A stretch of 37,723 nucleotides of DNA from an uncultured Clostridia bacterium (lineage in GTDB: Bacteria; Bacillota; Clostridia; TANB77; CAG-508), in assembly GCA_944386705.1 (NCBI GenBank), contig CALXCC010000003.1:1-37723 (forward strand), read 5' to 3'. Below the pieces are notes generated by a model. The model did no database searches, had not been told where the DNA came from, and saw only the letters and a program-made list of their open reading frames with translations. Shown piece by piece: positions 1 through 9,381 of the stretch (position 1 is the stretch's first letter; the number at the start of each line of letters is the position of its first letter). The translations under genes and the position numbers were made by a program.

Positions 1-57
1 GATTTCGTCTACATCGAAATTATATATTAGGGGGTATTTTGTTGTCAAAGTTCATTT

Positions 58-213
58 TCATTTATTACAGGATGCTTCATATATACATTGAGAAACAAAG
101 CTAGTACAATCTCCACCAACGGAATCAAAATTGTAATATTTAGGATTTCGTGCATATACCCATTTCTTAGCATATTCTAAAACTTTTTGTCTATTGTATT
201 CTACCTCTTTCAA
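58..213 (-). pseudogene. Truncated amidase-domain (Amidase_6-like) protein fragment, 51 aa
   Basis: AAGGAG RBS, then TTG start. Translates MKEVEYNRQKVLEYAKKWVYARNPKYYNFDSVGGDCTSFVSQCIYEASCNK*. The YNR...YAxKW...RNP.Y....GGDCT.FVSQC pattern matches the family N-terminus, but the frame stops early. Confidence 0.6.
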
Positions 214-427
214 TTTGTATTCTCCTTTTATTTTCCAACAACCAGTCCTTGAAAAATTAATTTAAAAGTTAACTGCTCCTATATAATTTCCATCTATTTG
301 TATACTTTTCATTAGTACCTCTTTTATAATGTATTAGTATTAGAATGTCCATTATACTACTAATTCCTTTGAAATTAGTCACTTACGCTAAAGGCATTGC
401 ATAAGTAATTTATTGTATCGATATAAT

Positions 428-455
428 AAAAAAACAGCTTTTTTAAGCTGTTTCC
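428..455 (-). terminator. Probable intrinsic terminator after clpX
   Basis: Hairpin AAACAGCTT-TTTT-AAGCTGTTT overlapping the clpX stop, with a U tail on the minus strand. Confidence 0.5.
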
Positions 456-1765
456 TTTTCTTTATTTTGAGGTTTTTGTCTCTTATTTTTTTTAATATCT
501 ATTTTTTCTTTGTTCTCATTTTCAACTATTTCTGGTCCCTTATTTTCTGTAACTGTTGCCTTAGTAATAATACATTTTTCTATATTTGGATTAGAAGGTA
601 TTTCAAACATAATATCTCTCATTATTTCTTCAATTATAGAACGTAAACCTCTTGCTCCTGTTTTTCTTTCGATCGCTTTATCTACAATTGATTCTAATGC
701 TTCTTGTTTAAATATTAATTCTACACCATCTATTTCAAATAGCTTTTGATATTGTTTTACCAATGAATTTTTAGGTTCTACTAATATTTTTATTAAAGCT
801 TCTTTGTCTAAGTCTCTTAATGTTGCTATAATTGGTAGTCTTCCTATAAATTCTGGTATTAGTCCAAATTTTAATAAGTCTTGTGGTAGAAGTTCTTTAA
901 AAATTTCATATTTACTTACATCTTTTTGACTTTTTACTTGTTTTCCAAATCCTATTGCTTTTTCTCCAGTTCTATCTCTTATGATATTTTCTAATCCTTC
1001 AAATGCTCCTCCACAGATAATTAAAATATTTTCTGTGTTGATTTGTATTAGCTCTTGGTTTGGATGTTTTCTTCCTCCTTGTGGTGGTACAGATGCAATA
1101 GTTCCTTCTATTATTTTTAGTAATGCTTGCTGTACACCTTCTCCACTTACATCTCTTGTAATTGATGGATTTTCAGATTTTCTTGTAATTTTATCAATTT
1201 CATCTATATAAATTATTCCTTTTTCAGCTTTTGCTACATCTCCGTCTGCTGCCTGGATTAATTTTAACAAGATATTTTCTACGTCTTCTCCTACATAACC
1301 TGCTTCTGTTAAGGTTGTTGCATCTGCTATAGCAAACGGAACATTTAGTATTTTTGCTAAAGTTCGTGCAAGTAGAGTTTTTCCGCAACCTGTTGGTCCT
1401 AAAAGTAGGATATTACTTTTTTGTATTTCAATATCATCTTGTTTTGCACTTTCTTCGTGTGCTATTCTTTTATAATGATTATATACTGCTACTGATAGAG
1501 TTCTTTTTGCATCTTCTTGACCAATTACATAATCATCTAATATTTGTTTTATTTCTTTTGGACTAGGAATATTATTAATTTCATTTAATGTATATCCTGC
1601 TTTTTCTTCTTCATATAACTCTGCTTCTATTATACTATTACAAAGTTCTACACACTCATCACAGATATATACTCCTGGTCCTGCTACTATTTTTCTTACA
1701 TTTTCTTGTGCTTTGCCACAAAATGAACATCTAACACTTTTTGGTTTTACATCATTCTTTGCCAT
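443..1765 (-). CDS. clpX: ATP-dependent Clp protease ATP-binding subunit ClpX
   Basis: Zinc finger CSFCGK...ICDECVELC, Walker [36 protein letters not shown] loop. Start moved to ATG 1765, which follows an AAGGAG RBS. Confidence 0.97.
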   Translation of the reverse strand: MAKNDVKPKSVRCSFCGKAQENVRKIVAGPGVYICDECVELCNSIIEAELYEEEKAGYTLNEINNIPSPKEIKQILDDYVIGQEDAKRTLSVAVYNHYKRIAHEESAKQDDIEIQKSNILLLGPTGCGKTLLARTLAKILNVPFAIADATTLTEAGYVGEDVENILLKLIQAADGDVAKAEKGIIYIDEIDKITRKSENPSITRDVSGEGVQQALLKIIEGTIASVPPQGGRKHPNQELIQINTENILIICGGAFEGLENIIRDRTGEKAIGFGKQVKSQKDVSKYEIFKELLPQDLLKFGLIPEFIGRLPIIATLRDLDKEALIKILVEPKNSLVKQYQKLFEIDGVELIFKQEALESIVDKAIERKTGARGLRSIIEEIMRDIMFEIPSNPNIEKCIITKATVTENKGPEIVENENKEKIDIKKNKRQKPQNKEKETA

Positions 1766-1789
1766 AAATCTCTCCTTTTGAAACATTTT

Positions 1790-2395
1790 TTATTTTCTTT
1801 TGTCCATAATGCCATCTATTAATCCATATTTTAATGCTTCTTCTGCTGTCATATAATTATCTCTTTCTGTGTCTTTTTCAATTGTCTCAATTGATTGTCC
1901 TGTTCTTTCACTCAAGAATTTATTTAATTTCTCTCTTGTTTTTACTAAGTGATCTGCATGTATTTTTACTTCTGTTGCTTGCCCTGAAATTCCGCCACCA
2001 CCGATTAATGGTTGATGTATTAGTATTTCTGCATTTGGTGTTGCAAATCTTTTTCCTTTTTCTCCTGCAGCTAAAAGTGCTGCCCCCATACTTGCTGCCA
2101 TACCAATACATATAGTAGATACTGGACAAGAAATATAATTCATTGTATCTATTATTCCCATTCCATCTGTTATAGATCCTCCTGGTGAATTGATGTATAA
2201 ACTGATTTCTTTATCTGGATCTTCTGATTCTAAGAATAATAATTGTGCTATGATTAAACTTGATGTTGTTGGGTTTACGTCTTCTCCTAAAAATATTATT
2301 CTATCTTTTAATAATCTTGAGAAAATATCATATGATCTTTCTCCTTTGCTTGTTTGTTCAATAACATATGGTACTAAACTGTTTTTTTCTAACAT
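1790..2395 (-). CDS. clpP: ATP-dependent Clp protease proteolytic subunit ClpP
   Basis: [36 protein letters not shown] (catalytic Ser), IHQP. Lies between tig and clpX. Confidence 0.97.
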   Translation of the reverse strand: MLEKNSLVPYVIEQTSKGERSYDIFSRLLKDRIIFLGEDVNPTTSSLIIAQLLFLESEDPDKEISLYINSPGGSITDGMGIIDTMNYISCPVSTICIGMAASMGAALLAAGEKGKRFATPNAEILIHQPLIGGGGISGQATEVKIHADHLVKTREKLNKFLSERTGQSIETIEKDTERDNYMTAEEALKYGLIDGIMDKRK

Positions 2396-2567
2396 ATCTT
2401 TCCTCCTTATTATTTTAATATTTATTTTAGTTTTAGTTTATAAGTTTATCTTTTTGTGTTTTTCATATTTTTCTTTTATATTATATATTATTTATATATA
2501 TTTTCAAAAAAGTTGGAGTTAAAATTTAACCAATAAAATTTCCACCCCAACCTTTCTTAATTAATTA

Positions 2568-3854
2568 TTATTTTATTTTTGCATTTTCTACTAAGAAATT
2601 AATAGCTTTTTCTGATTCTAATCCTTGTTTTACATAGTTTTTAACATTTTCATTTTTTAAGAATTCTTCATCATTTTCTTTTCCGTAATTTTTAGCCATT
2701 TCTTTCATTTTCTCTTCTATTTCTTTATCTGTTGCTTTTATTTTTTCCGCTTTTATAACAGCTTCTAGAGCTAATCTTGATTTTATTGCTTCTATTGCTT
2801 GAGGTTCATACTCTTTTCTCATTTCTTCTTGAGTTTTTCCCATCATTTGAAGGTATTGTTCTAATTTTAGTCCTTGGTATGATAAACGATTTTCAATATC
2901 TTTTAACATATTGTCAATTTCCATTTCTATCATTCCTGATGGAATTTCTACTTTTATATTTTCACAAACTGCTTTTATTACAGCATCTTGTGTTTCATAT
3001 TTTGCTCTTTCTTCATTTTGTTTTTCTTTTTTTGCTTTGATGTCTTCTTTTAATTCTTTTAAAGTATCAAATTCACTTACATCTTTTGCAAATTCGTCAT
3101 CTAATTTTGGTAATTCTTTTTTCTTGATTTCGTGAACTTTTACTTTGAATGTTGCATCTTTTCCAGCTAATTCTTTTGAGAAATATTCTTCTGGGAATTT
3201 TACGTTTATATCTTTTTCTTCGTCTATTTTCATTCCTATTATTTGGTCTTCAAATCCTGGAATGAATGTGTTGCTTCCTATTTCTAAGTCGTGGTTTTCT
3301 GCTTTTCCACCTTCGAAAGCTACTCCATCTACAAATCCTTCGAAGTCTATTGTAGCAATATCTCCACTTTCTACTGGTCTATCTTCAATAGAAATTAATC
3401 TTGAGTTGTGTTCTTGCATATGTCCTAATTCGTGGTTTATGTCTTCGTCTGATACATTATACTCAATTTTTTTAATTTCTATACCTTTATATTTTCCAAG
3501 TTCTGCTTCTGGTTTTGTTTGCATAATAGCTGTAAATATTAGGTCTTTTCCTTTTTCGATTTGTGTAACTTCTATATCAGGTCTAGATACTACTTCTAGT
3601 TTGTTTTCTTTTACTGCTTCTTCTAAAGCTTCTCCTGCTACTTCATTGAATGCATCTTCAAAGAAAATTTCTTTTCCGTAGTACTTTTCAACTATTTGCA
3701 TTGGAGCTTTACCTTTTCTAAATCCTGGTATATTAAAGTATTTAGCACTTTTAAAATATACCTTTTTTATAGCTTCATCAAATTTTTCAGCCTCAACTGT
3801 TATTTTTAATTTTACTTCATTTGCATTTTTTGTTTTTTCTACTTTACAATTCAT
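2568..3854 (-). CDS. tig: Trigger factor
   Basis: IPGFRKGKAP ribosome-binding motif and FKBP domain (IDFEG...FIPGFEDQIIG). ATG 3854 follows GAAAGGA. Confidence 0.96.
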   Translation of the reverse strand: MNCKVEKTKNANEVKLKITVEAEKFDEAIKKVYFKSAKYFNIPGFRKGKAPMQIVEKYYGKEIFFEDAFNEVAGEALEEAVKENKLEVVSRPDIEVTQIEKGKDLIFTAIMQTKPEAELGKYKGIEIKKIEYNVSDEDINHELGHMQEHNSRLISIEDRPVESGDIATIDFEGFVDGVAFEGGKAENHDLEIGSNTFIPGFEDQIIGMKIDEEKDINVKFPEEYFSKELAGKDATFKVKVHEIKKKELPKLDDEFAKDVSEFDTLKELKEDIKAKKEKQNEERAKYETQDAVIKAVCENIKVEIPSGMIEMEIDNMLKDIENRLSYQGLKLEQYLQMMGKTQEEMRKEYEPQAIEAIKSRLALEAVIKAEKIKATDKEIEEKMKEMAKNYGKENDEEFLKNENVKNYVKQGLESEKAINFLVENAKIK

Positions 3855-4023
3855 TTTTTTCAATCCTTTCTTTTATTCATATAGCTTATTTATTATACCA
3901 CATTTTTCCTATTTTGCAAGGAATTTTTTATAATTTTCAAAAAATACTTGTTTTTTTTCTATTTTTATGATAAACTTGTTAACAGTCAATTTATTTAAGA
4001 AATTTAGGAGGTGCAATTTAGAT

Positions 4024-4221
4024 ATGGCAAAATGTGCAATTTGTGAAAAACAAGCAAGTCATGGAAATAAACTTAGCATTACTCGTTCTCATATAAGTAA
4101 AAGATCACCACGTACTTGGAAGCCAAATTTAAGAAGTGTTAAAGCTGAAATTAATGGTGATGTTAAAAGAATTTATGTATGCGCTAAATGTTTAAGAGAT
4201 GGAAAAGTAAAAAGAGCTTAA
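4024..4221 (+). CDS. rpmB: 50S ribosomal protein L28
   Basis: MAKCAICEK...RTWKPNL...VCAKCLR. AGGAGG RBS precedes ATG 4024. Confidence 0.95.
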   Translation: MAKCAICEKQASHGNKLSITRSHISKRSPRTWKPNLRSVKAEINGDVKRIYVCAKCLRDGKVKRA

Positions 4222-4263
4222 TTTAAATTGAGACAAAAAGTTTGCTTTAAAAAGCGCTTTGAT

Positions 4264-4298
4264 AAAATAGTGCCACCATAACGGAGGTGCTATTTTTT
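4264..4298 (+). terminator. Intrinsic terminator after rpmB
   Basis: Imperfect hairpin AAAATAGTGCC...GGTGCTATTTT followed by a T run. Confidence 0.6.
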
Positions 4299-4340
4299 AT
4301 GCAGTTAGCATTTTCTTAAAAAAATCCATTTACTATTTTA

Positions 4341-4372
4341 AAAAAAGTATGTCAAAATCGACATACTTTTTT
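4341..4372 (-). terminator. Intrinsic terminator for the convergent minus-strand gene
   Basis: AAAAAAGTATGTC-AAAATC-GACATACTTTTTT perfect stem. Confidence 0.65.
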
Positions 4373-4421
4373 ACTTAATAATATAATTTTATTTAATTTT
4401 TTAATACTCATATGGAAGATT

Positions 4422-5477
4422 TTAATTTTTCCAAAATTTTAGTTCACCCATTCTAGATGTTGGTACATAACCTGCTTCTGCTTTAATTACATCTGGGATT
4501 CTATTTACTACACTTGCGCAAGTTAATTCTACTGTTGACGGTCTATTTATAACTAAGGTTGTGTTTGGCTCTCCTTCTATTGTCCATTCATTTTTGTCAA
4601 AGTCTTCTTTTGAATATACTTTTCCTATACATTGTGTTTCAAGTGTTATTCCCTCTTCTGTTTCAGTTGTAACAACTGCACTCATTCCTGTTGCATCTCC
4701 TGCTTTTATTGTCATTTTCAATGTACTTGAATCTATATCTTCTTTATAAGTTTGAGGTATTGTTTCTTGTCTTTGAGATTTTACTGTTAGTCCTAATTTG
4801 TCACATAACCAACCATTTACATTCCACATATATGATGGTAAATAATCTCCTCTTTCTATTAACGCTTGTCTTTCTTGGTCTGAAATTTTATCTACTGACG
4901 CTACTTGTTTTTCGAATTCTTCTAATGTTAATCCAGCTCCATGAGCTTTTGCCAAGGCTATTCCATAGTCTTCTACATTGTAACTTGAGCTTCCTTTTAT
5001 TTTTGTTATTTTATGTGTTGATCCTGCTATGCTTGTTACTAATTGTCCCCAATATATATCTTGGTATCCACTTCCTGTTATTGTACAGCCGGTTTGTTTT
5101 GCTAACTCATCTAATTTTTTTGTTATGCTTGGATTTGAATTCATTGGATAAAATGCTTCTTCACATGTTGTAATTGCGTTAATACCTAGCTTTGCACATA
5201 ACATTAATGCATCTTCTGTTTCTTTTATTAAGCTCATTGTCGTTACTATTGCTACATCTGGTTTTGTTTCTTTTAATAAATTCTCTGCTTCTGCCACCGA
5301 AACAACTTTAACTCCCTTATTTTCTGTTCCCATGATTTCGCCTATGTCTTTTCCAATTACTTCCGGATTTACGTCAATAGCTCCTACTATTTCTGCTCCT
5401 TTTTCATAAACATATCTCATCGTATATACACTCATTTTGCCAGCTCCATATTGAACCACTTTGATTTTCTTTTCCAA
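4422..5477 (-). CDS. Dihydrodipicolinate-reductase-like NAD(P)-dependent dehydrogenase (2,4-diaminopentanoate/amine dehydrogenase family)
   Basis: N-terminal Rossmann motif VVQYGAGKM, GINAITTCEEAFYP, C-terminal T.A.VVNRIPDVI.A.AG. TTG 5477 is well spaced from the upstream GGAG RBS. Confidence 0.75.
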   Translation of the reverse strand: MEKKIKVVQYGAGKMSVYTMRYVYEKGAEIVGAIDVNPEVIGKDIGEIMGTENKGVKVVSVAEAENLLKETKPDVAIVTTMSLIKETEDALMLCAKLGINAITTCEEAFYPMNSNPSITKKLDELAKQTGCTITGSGYQDIYWGQLVTSIAGSTHKITKIKGSSSYNVEDYGIALAKAHGAGLTLEEFEKQVASVDKISDQERQALIERGDYLPSYMWNVNGWLCDKLGLTVKSQRQETIPQTYKEDIDSSTLKMTIKAGDATGMSAVVTTETEEGITLETQCIGKVYSKEDFDKNEWTIEGEPNTTLVINRPSTVELTCASVVNRIPDVIKAEAGYVPTSRMGELKFWKN

Positions 5478-5589
5478 AAAAATCACTCCCTCCACTATAA
5501 ATATTTTTTATGCTTTAATTATTATGTACTTTAAATTACGTTTTTATTCTTGCGCTTATTTTATTTTTAGTATCTTTTATCTATATTTT

Positions 5590-6291
5590 TTAATTTTCTT
5601 GTTCTAAAAAATATTTAAAAACTTCAGCACATCTACTAGATGATAATTTTAAGTTTTCGTCGAACGTTTTTGCATTTTCTCCATCTGGTGTATCTGAAAC
5701 ACTTCTAATTGCTATAAATGGAATATTATTTAAATAACATACTTGTGCTATTGCACCACATTCCATATCCACTACATCTGCTTTAAATTTGCTTCTAATT
5801 TTATCTTTCATATAAATTTCTGTACAGAAAATATCTCCTGTTGCAACTATTCCCACTTTGACATTGTATTTTTTTTCTGGTATTTCTTTTATTCTTTTTT
5901 CAAGTTTATTCACTATATCTCTATCACATATAACACTGTTTCCTACTCCTGTTATATATCCCTTACTATGTCCAAAAGCTGTAATATCAAAATCATGTTG
6001 TACTACTTCTTTTGCAATTACAATATCTCCTACTTCTAGACTATTGTTTATTGCTCCTGCTACACCTAAATTAATTACCATATCTACTTTAAAATGGTCT
6101 AATAATACTTGTGTAGTTCTTGCAGCATTTACTTTTCCTACCCCACTTTGAGTTAAAATGCATTTTTTTTCATCTATTTTTCCTATATAAAACCTTAAGC
6201 CATAAATCTCTTTTATTTCAAAGTTTTCAAATAGTTCTTGAATTGCTTCTTTTTCCTCTTCCATTGCTACTATAATTCCTAATTTATTCAT
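5590..6291 (-). CDS. mtnN: 5'-methylthioadenosine/S-adenosylhomocysteine nucleosidase
   Basis: GIIVAMEEE, SGVGKVNAA, INLGVAG, DMECGAIAQVC, IRSVSD. Confidence 0.92.
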   Translation of the reverse strand: MNKLGIIVAMEEEKEAIQELFENFEIKEIYGLRFYIGKIDEKKCILTQSGVGKVNAARTTQVLLDHFKVDMVINLGVAGAINNSLEVGDIVIAKEVVQHDFDITAFGHSKGYITGVGNSVICDRDIVNKLEKRIKEIPEKKYNVKVGIVATGDIFCTEIYMKDKIRSKFKADVVDMECGAIAQVCYLNNIPFIAIRSVSDTPDGENAKTFDENLKLSSSRCAEVFKYFLEQEN

Positions 6292-6478
6292 TTAATACCT
6301 CCTTTTATTGTGTTTATTATATATTAATAATATTTTTTCTTCAACTTTTATTTGTACAAACATTAATAAAATTTTATAATGAGACTTGCATCATTTTACT
6401 TTTTAGGTTAATATAATAAAGTATATTGAAAGAAATGCAAAAAAAAATTAAAAGAAAGGAGTTATTTTTTATAGTTAC

Positions 6479-6627
6479 AGCGCCTGGACATTACAGTTTT
6501 AGTAATGTTGACGAGGACTAAAGTTATCGAAAGATTCGGCGGATGCTTTAGTGGCTTTGCTTAAGGTCATAGTATTAATTTTAAAAAGCAGTAGAAATAT
6601 TGTAACAAAGAATTAATACGATTAGGC
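6479..6627 (+). ncRNA. glmS ribozyme (glucosamine-6-phosphate-activated riboswitch)
   Basis: Conserved core AGCGCCTGGAC...GTTGACGAGG...TTATCGAA...TTCGGCGGATG directly upstream of glmS. Predicted cleavage between A6479 and G6480. Confidence 0.92.
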
Positions 6628-6680
6628 TTTATTTTGCATACTTTCAATTCCAGATTTTAAATTTTAAGGAGGATTTTACA

Positions 6681-8519
6681 ATGTGTGGAATTGTAGGTTA
6701 CATAGGAACAAAAAAAGCTAGTCCTATTTTAATTAACGGACTTCTAAGATTGGAATACAGAGGCTACGACTCTGCTGGTATTTCAACTATTGAAAAAAAT
6801 GAAATTTCTATTATGAAAAACAAAGGAAGAGTCAAAAATTTATATAATTTACCAGGGATTGACGATTTAGAAGGAACAATTGGTATTGCTCATACAAGAT
6901 GGGCAACTCATGGAAAACCTTCTAAAGAAAACTCTCACCCTCATATGGATAATAGTAAAACTTTTAGTGTTGTTCATAATGGAATTATTGAAAATTACAA
7001 TGAATTAAGGGAATTTTTACAAAACAAAGGGTACACTTTCTATTCTCAAACAGATACTGAAGTTATACCAAATTTGATACATTATTATTATACAAATGAT
7101 TCTAAAAACGATTCTTTAAAATTATTGCGCGCCGTAAAAAATGCATGTACTGATTTAAAAGGAAGCTTTGCTTTAGAAATTATTTGCAGAGAATCACCAG
7201 ATAATATGATTGTCGTTAGAAAAGATAGCCCTCTAGTTATCGGAAAAGGTGATGGAGAAAATTATATTTCTTCAGATATTCCAGCTATCCTTTCTTTTAC
7301 CAGAGAATTTTATCTTTTAAATGACTTAGAATTTGTTGTTTTATCTAGAAATGATGCTAAATTCTATGATAAAAATTTAAACCCAATTGATAAAAAAGTT
7401 CAAACTATTGAATGGAATGCTGCAAGTGCTGAAAAAGACGGATTTGATGATTATATGTTAAAAGAAATTTATGAACAACCTTCTGCAATTCGTGAAACAA
7501 TTGGTGCAAAATTAAATGAAGGTTCAAAATGTGAATTTGAAGAATTGAATTTTAGCAAAGAATACTTAAAAGGACTTAATAAAATCTATTTAATTGCTTG
7601 TGGCACTGCTATGCACGCTGGTTTAGCAGGTAAAGTTATGATCGAGCACCTTTGCAAAATACCTACAGAAGTAGATATTGCTTCAGAATTTAGATATAGA
7701 AATCCTTTAATTGATGATAAAACTTTATGTATTTTTATTTCTCAATCTGGTGAAACGGCAGATACTATCGCAGCTTTAAAACTTTCTAAAGCAAACGGTG
7801 CTAAAACACTTGCTATTAGTAATGTTATTGGAAGCTCTATTACAAGAGAAGCAGATTACTCTATTTATACACATGCTGGACCAGAAATTGCAGTTGCTTC
7901 TACAAAAGCTTATACTTCACAAGTTATGTTACTTGCAATCTTAGCAATTTACTTTGCTGAAACTTTAGAGTTATCTTTAAATGAAGTAACTGATTTAAAA
8001 AAGGATATTTTAGAATTACCTAAAAAAATAGATGAAACTTTAAAATGTTCAGATAAAATTAAGAGTTTTGCTAATAAAATATATCAAGAAAAAGATGTAT
8101 TTTTCCTTGGAAGAGGTATTGACGAAACAGTTGCAAGAGAAGCTTCTTTGAAATTAAAAGAAATTTCTTATATACATTCTGATAGTTATCCAGCAGGAGA
8201 ATTAAAACATGGTCCAATTGCTTTAATTGAAAATGGAATAACTGTTATTAGCATAATGACTGATCCTAAATTAGTTGAAAAAACAGTAAGTAATATTCAA
8301 GAAGTTATAACAAGAGGTGCAAAAACTTTAGTTGTTACCAACCAAGATGTTGATGATAATATGTTTGATTATGTAATTCATATTCCTAAAACAAATACAT
8401 TTATCTCACCTATCTTATCTATACTTCCTCTTCAATTATTATCTTACTATGTTTCAAAGGAAAAAGGATTAGATGTTGATAAACCAAGAAATTTAGCTAA
8501 ATCTGTAACAGTTGAATAA
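6681..8519 (+). CDS. glmS: Glutamine-fructose-6-phosphate transaminase (isomerizing)
   Basis: MCGIVGY, LEYRGYDSAG, AHTRWATHG, SQSGETADT, DKPRNLAKSVTVE. Confidence 0.98.
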   Translation: MCGIVGYIGTKKASPILINGLLRLEYRGYDSAGISTIEKNEISIMKNKGRVKNLYNLPGIDDLEGTIGIAHTRWATHGKPSKENSHPHMDNSKTFSVVHNGIIENYNELREFLQNKGYTFYSQTDTEVIPNLIHYYYTNDSKNDSLKLLRAVKNACTDLKGSFALEIICRESPDNMIVVRKDSPLVIGKGDGENYISSDIPAILSFTREFYLLNDLEFVVLSRNDAKFYDKNLNPIDKKVQTIEWNAASAEKDGFDDYMLKEIYEQPSAIRETIGAKLNEGSKCEFEELNFSKEYLKGLNKIYLIACGTAMHAGLAGKVMIEHLCKIPTEVDIASEFRYRNPLIDDKTLCIFISQSGETADTIAALKLSKANGAKTLAISNVIGSSITREADYSIYTHAGPEIAVASTKAYTSQVMLLAILAIYFAETLELSLNEVTDLKKDILELPKKIDETLKCSDKIKSFANKIYQEKDVFFLGRGIDETVAREASLKLKEISYIHSDSYPAGELKHGPIALIENGITVISIMTDPKLVEKTVSNIQEVITRGAKTLVVTNQDVDDNMFDYVIHIPKTNTFISPILSILPLQLLSYYVSKEKGLDVDKPRNLAKSVTVE

Positions 8520-8523
8520 TTTT

Positions 8524-8554
8524 AAAAGATAGAAGCATTAAAACTTCTATCTTT
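8524..8554. terminator. Bidirectional intrinsic terminator between glmS and bofA
   Basis: AAAAGATAGAAG-CATTAAAA-CTTCTATCTTTT. Confidence 0.7.
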
Positions 8555-8607
8555 TATTACTTTAGTAGAATTTTACATACTATTTTTCTAAAACATAAAA
8601 ATCTATT

Positions 8608-8868
8608 TTATCCAATCAATAATTTTATGATAATCAAACATACGACTCCTGGTAATCCTAATAATCCAATTATAATACTAGTAAAAAAGTTTAATCCTAT
8701 ATGGAATCCAAATGTTCCTCCAATTAAATTAATGATATATATAACTACTCCACCCAAAATAGAGTTTATAACTAATTTTAGAATTTTAGTAAGTGGTACA
8801 ATAAAGATCCTACCAAATATAAAAATAAAGCAAATACAAGCTAAATATGTAATAATATTAATATCCAT
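8608..8868 (-). CDS. bofA: Pro-sigmaK processing inhibitor BofA family membrane protein
   Basis: KLVINSILG...IINLIG..FGFHIGLNFFT.IIIGLLGLPGV. Downstream of yaaL, as in Bacillus/Clostridium. Start at ATG 8868 after GGAG. Confidence 0.85.
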   Translation of the reverse strand: MDINIITYLACICFIFIFGRIFIVPLTKILKLVINSILGGVVIYIINLIGGTFGFHIGLNFFTSIIIGLLGLPGVVCLIIIKLLIG

Positions 8869-8945
8869 CCTTTTCAACTCCAAATAAAAAATGATAATAA
8901 TTTCTTATTACCATTTGTATTCTTAAATATGGACAAATATTACTT

Positions 8946-9227
8946 TTATACAGCTTCTTCCTCATCAAATTTAAACTTTTTATCATTTATCATATCAACT
9001 TGTATTCCCTTTAATTTTGCAATTTTAATAAGATAATCTAATTTAGCTTGATTTGCTTTTATCTGATACACATAATAGTCTACTAATTCTTCTTGTGCAT
9101 ATTCAAAGTTACAATTATCTCTTTTTAATTCTTCTCTTGTTTTTATTATAGTTTTTATTAATTCTATCTCTTTTTCCATTTCCGTCTTTTCTACTATCTT
9201 TTTTTCTTTTACATATTCTTCTTGCAT
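8946..9227 (-). CDS. yaaL: YaaL family protein (DUF2508)
   Basis: FEYAQEELVDYYVYQIKANQAKLDYLIKIAK motif; adjacent to bofA. Confidence 0.8.
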   Translation of the reverse strand: MQEEYVKEKKIVEKTEMEKEIELIKTIIKTREELKRDNCNFEYAQEELVDYYVYQIKANQAKLDYLIKIAKLKGIQVDMINDKKFKFDEEEAV

Positions 9228-9381
9228 CGAATTTCCCCTTTACTTTTTTATTTTATTATATTCTACTATTATTTAATTTATTCAAAAAATAAGATTAATT
9301 TAGTGAAAACTCTTGTTTTTTTGGCGATTTTATAGGATAATATATATGTATGATTTTAACGTAAATGAAAGGGTTTTTTTA

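Noticed and set aside
262-312. 16-aa minus-strand ORF MKSIQIDGNYIGAVNF with a GAGGT RBS
   Set aside because: Too short, with no recognisable homology and no CGG to extend it; it may be a gene remnant but cannot be supported.
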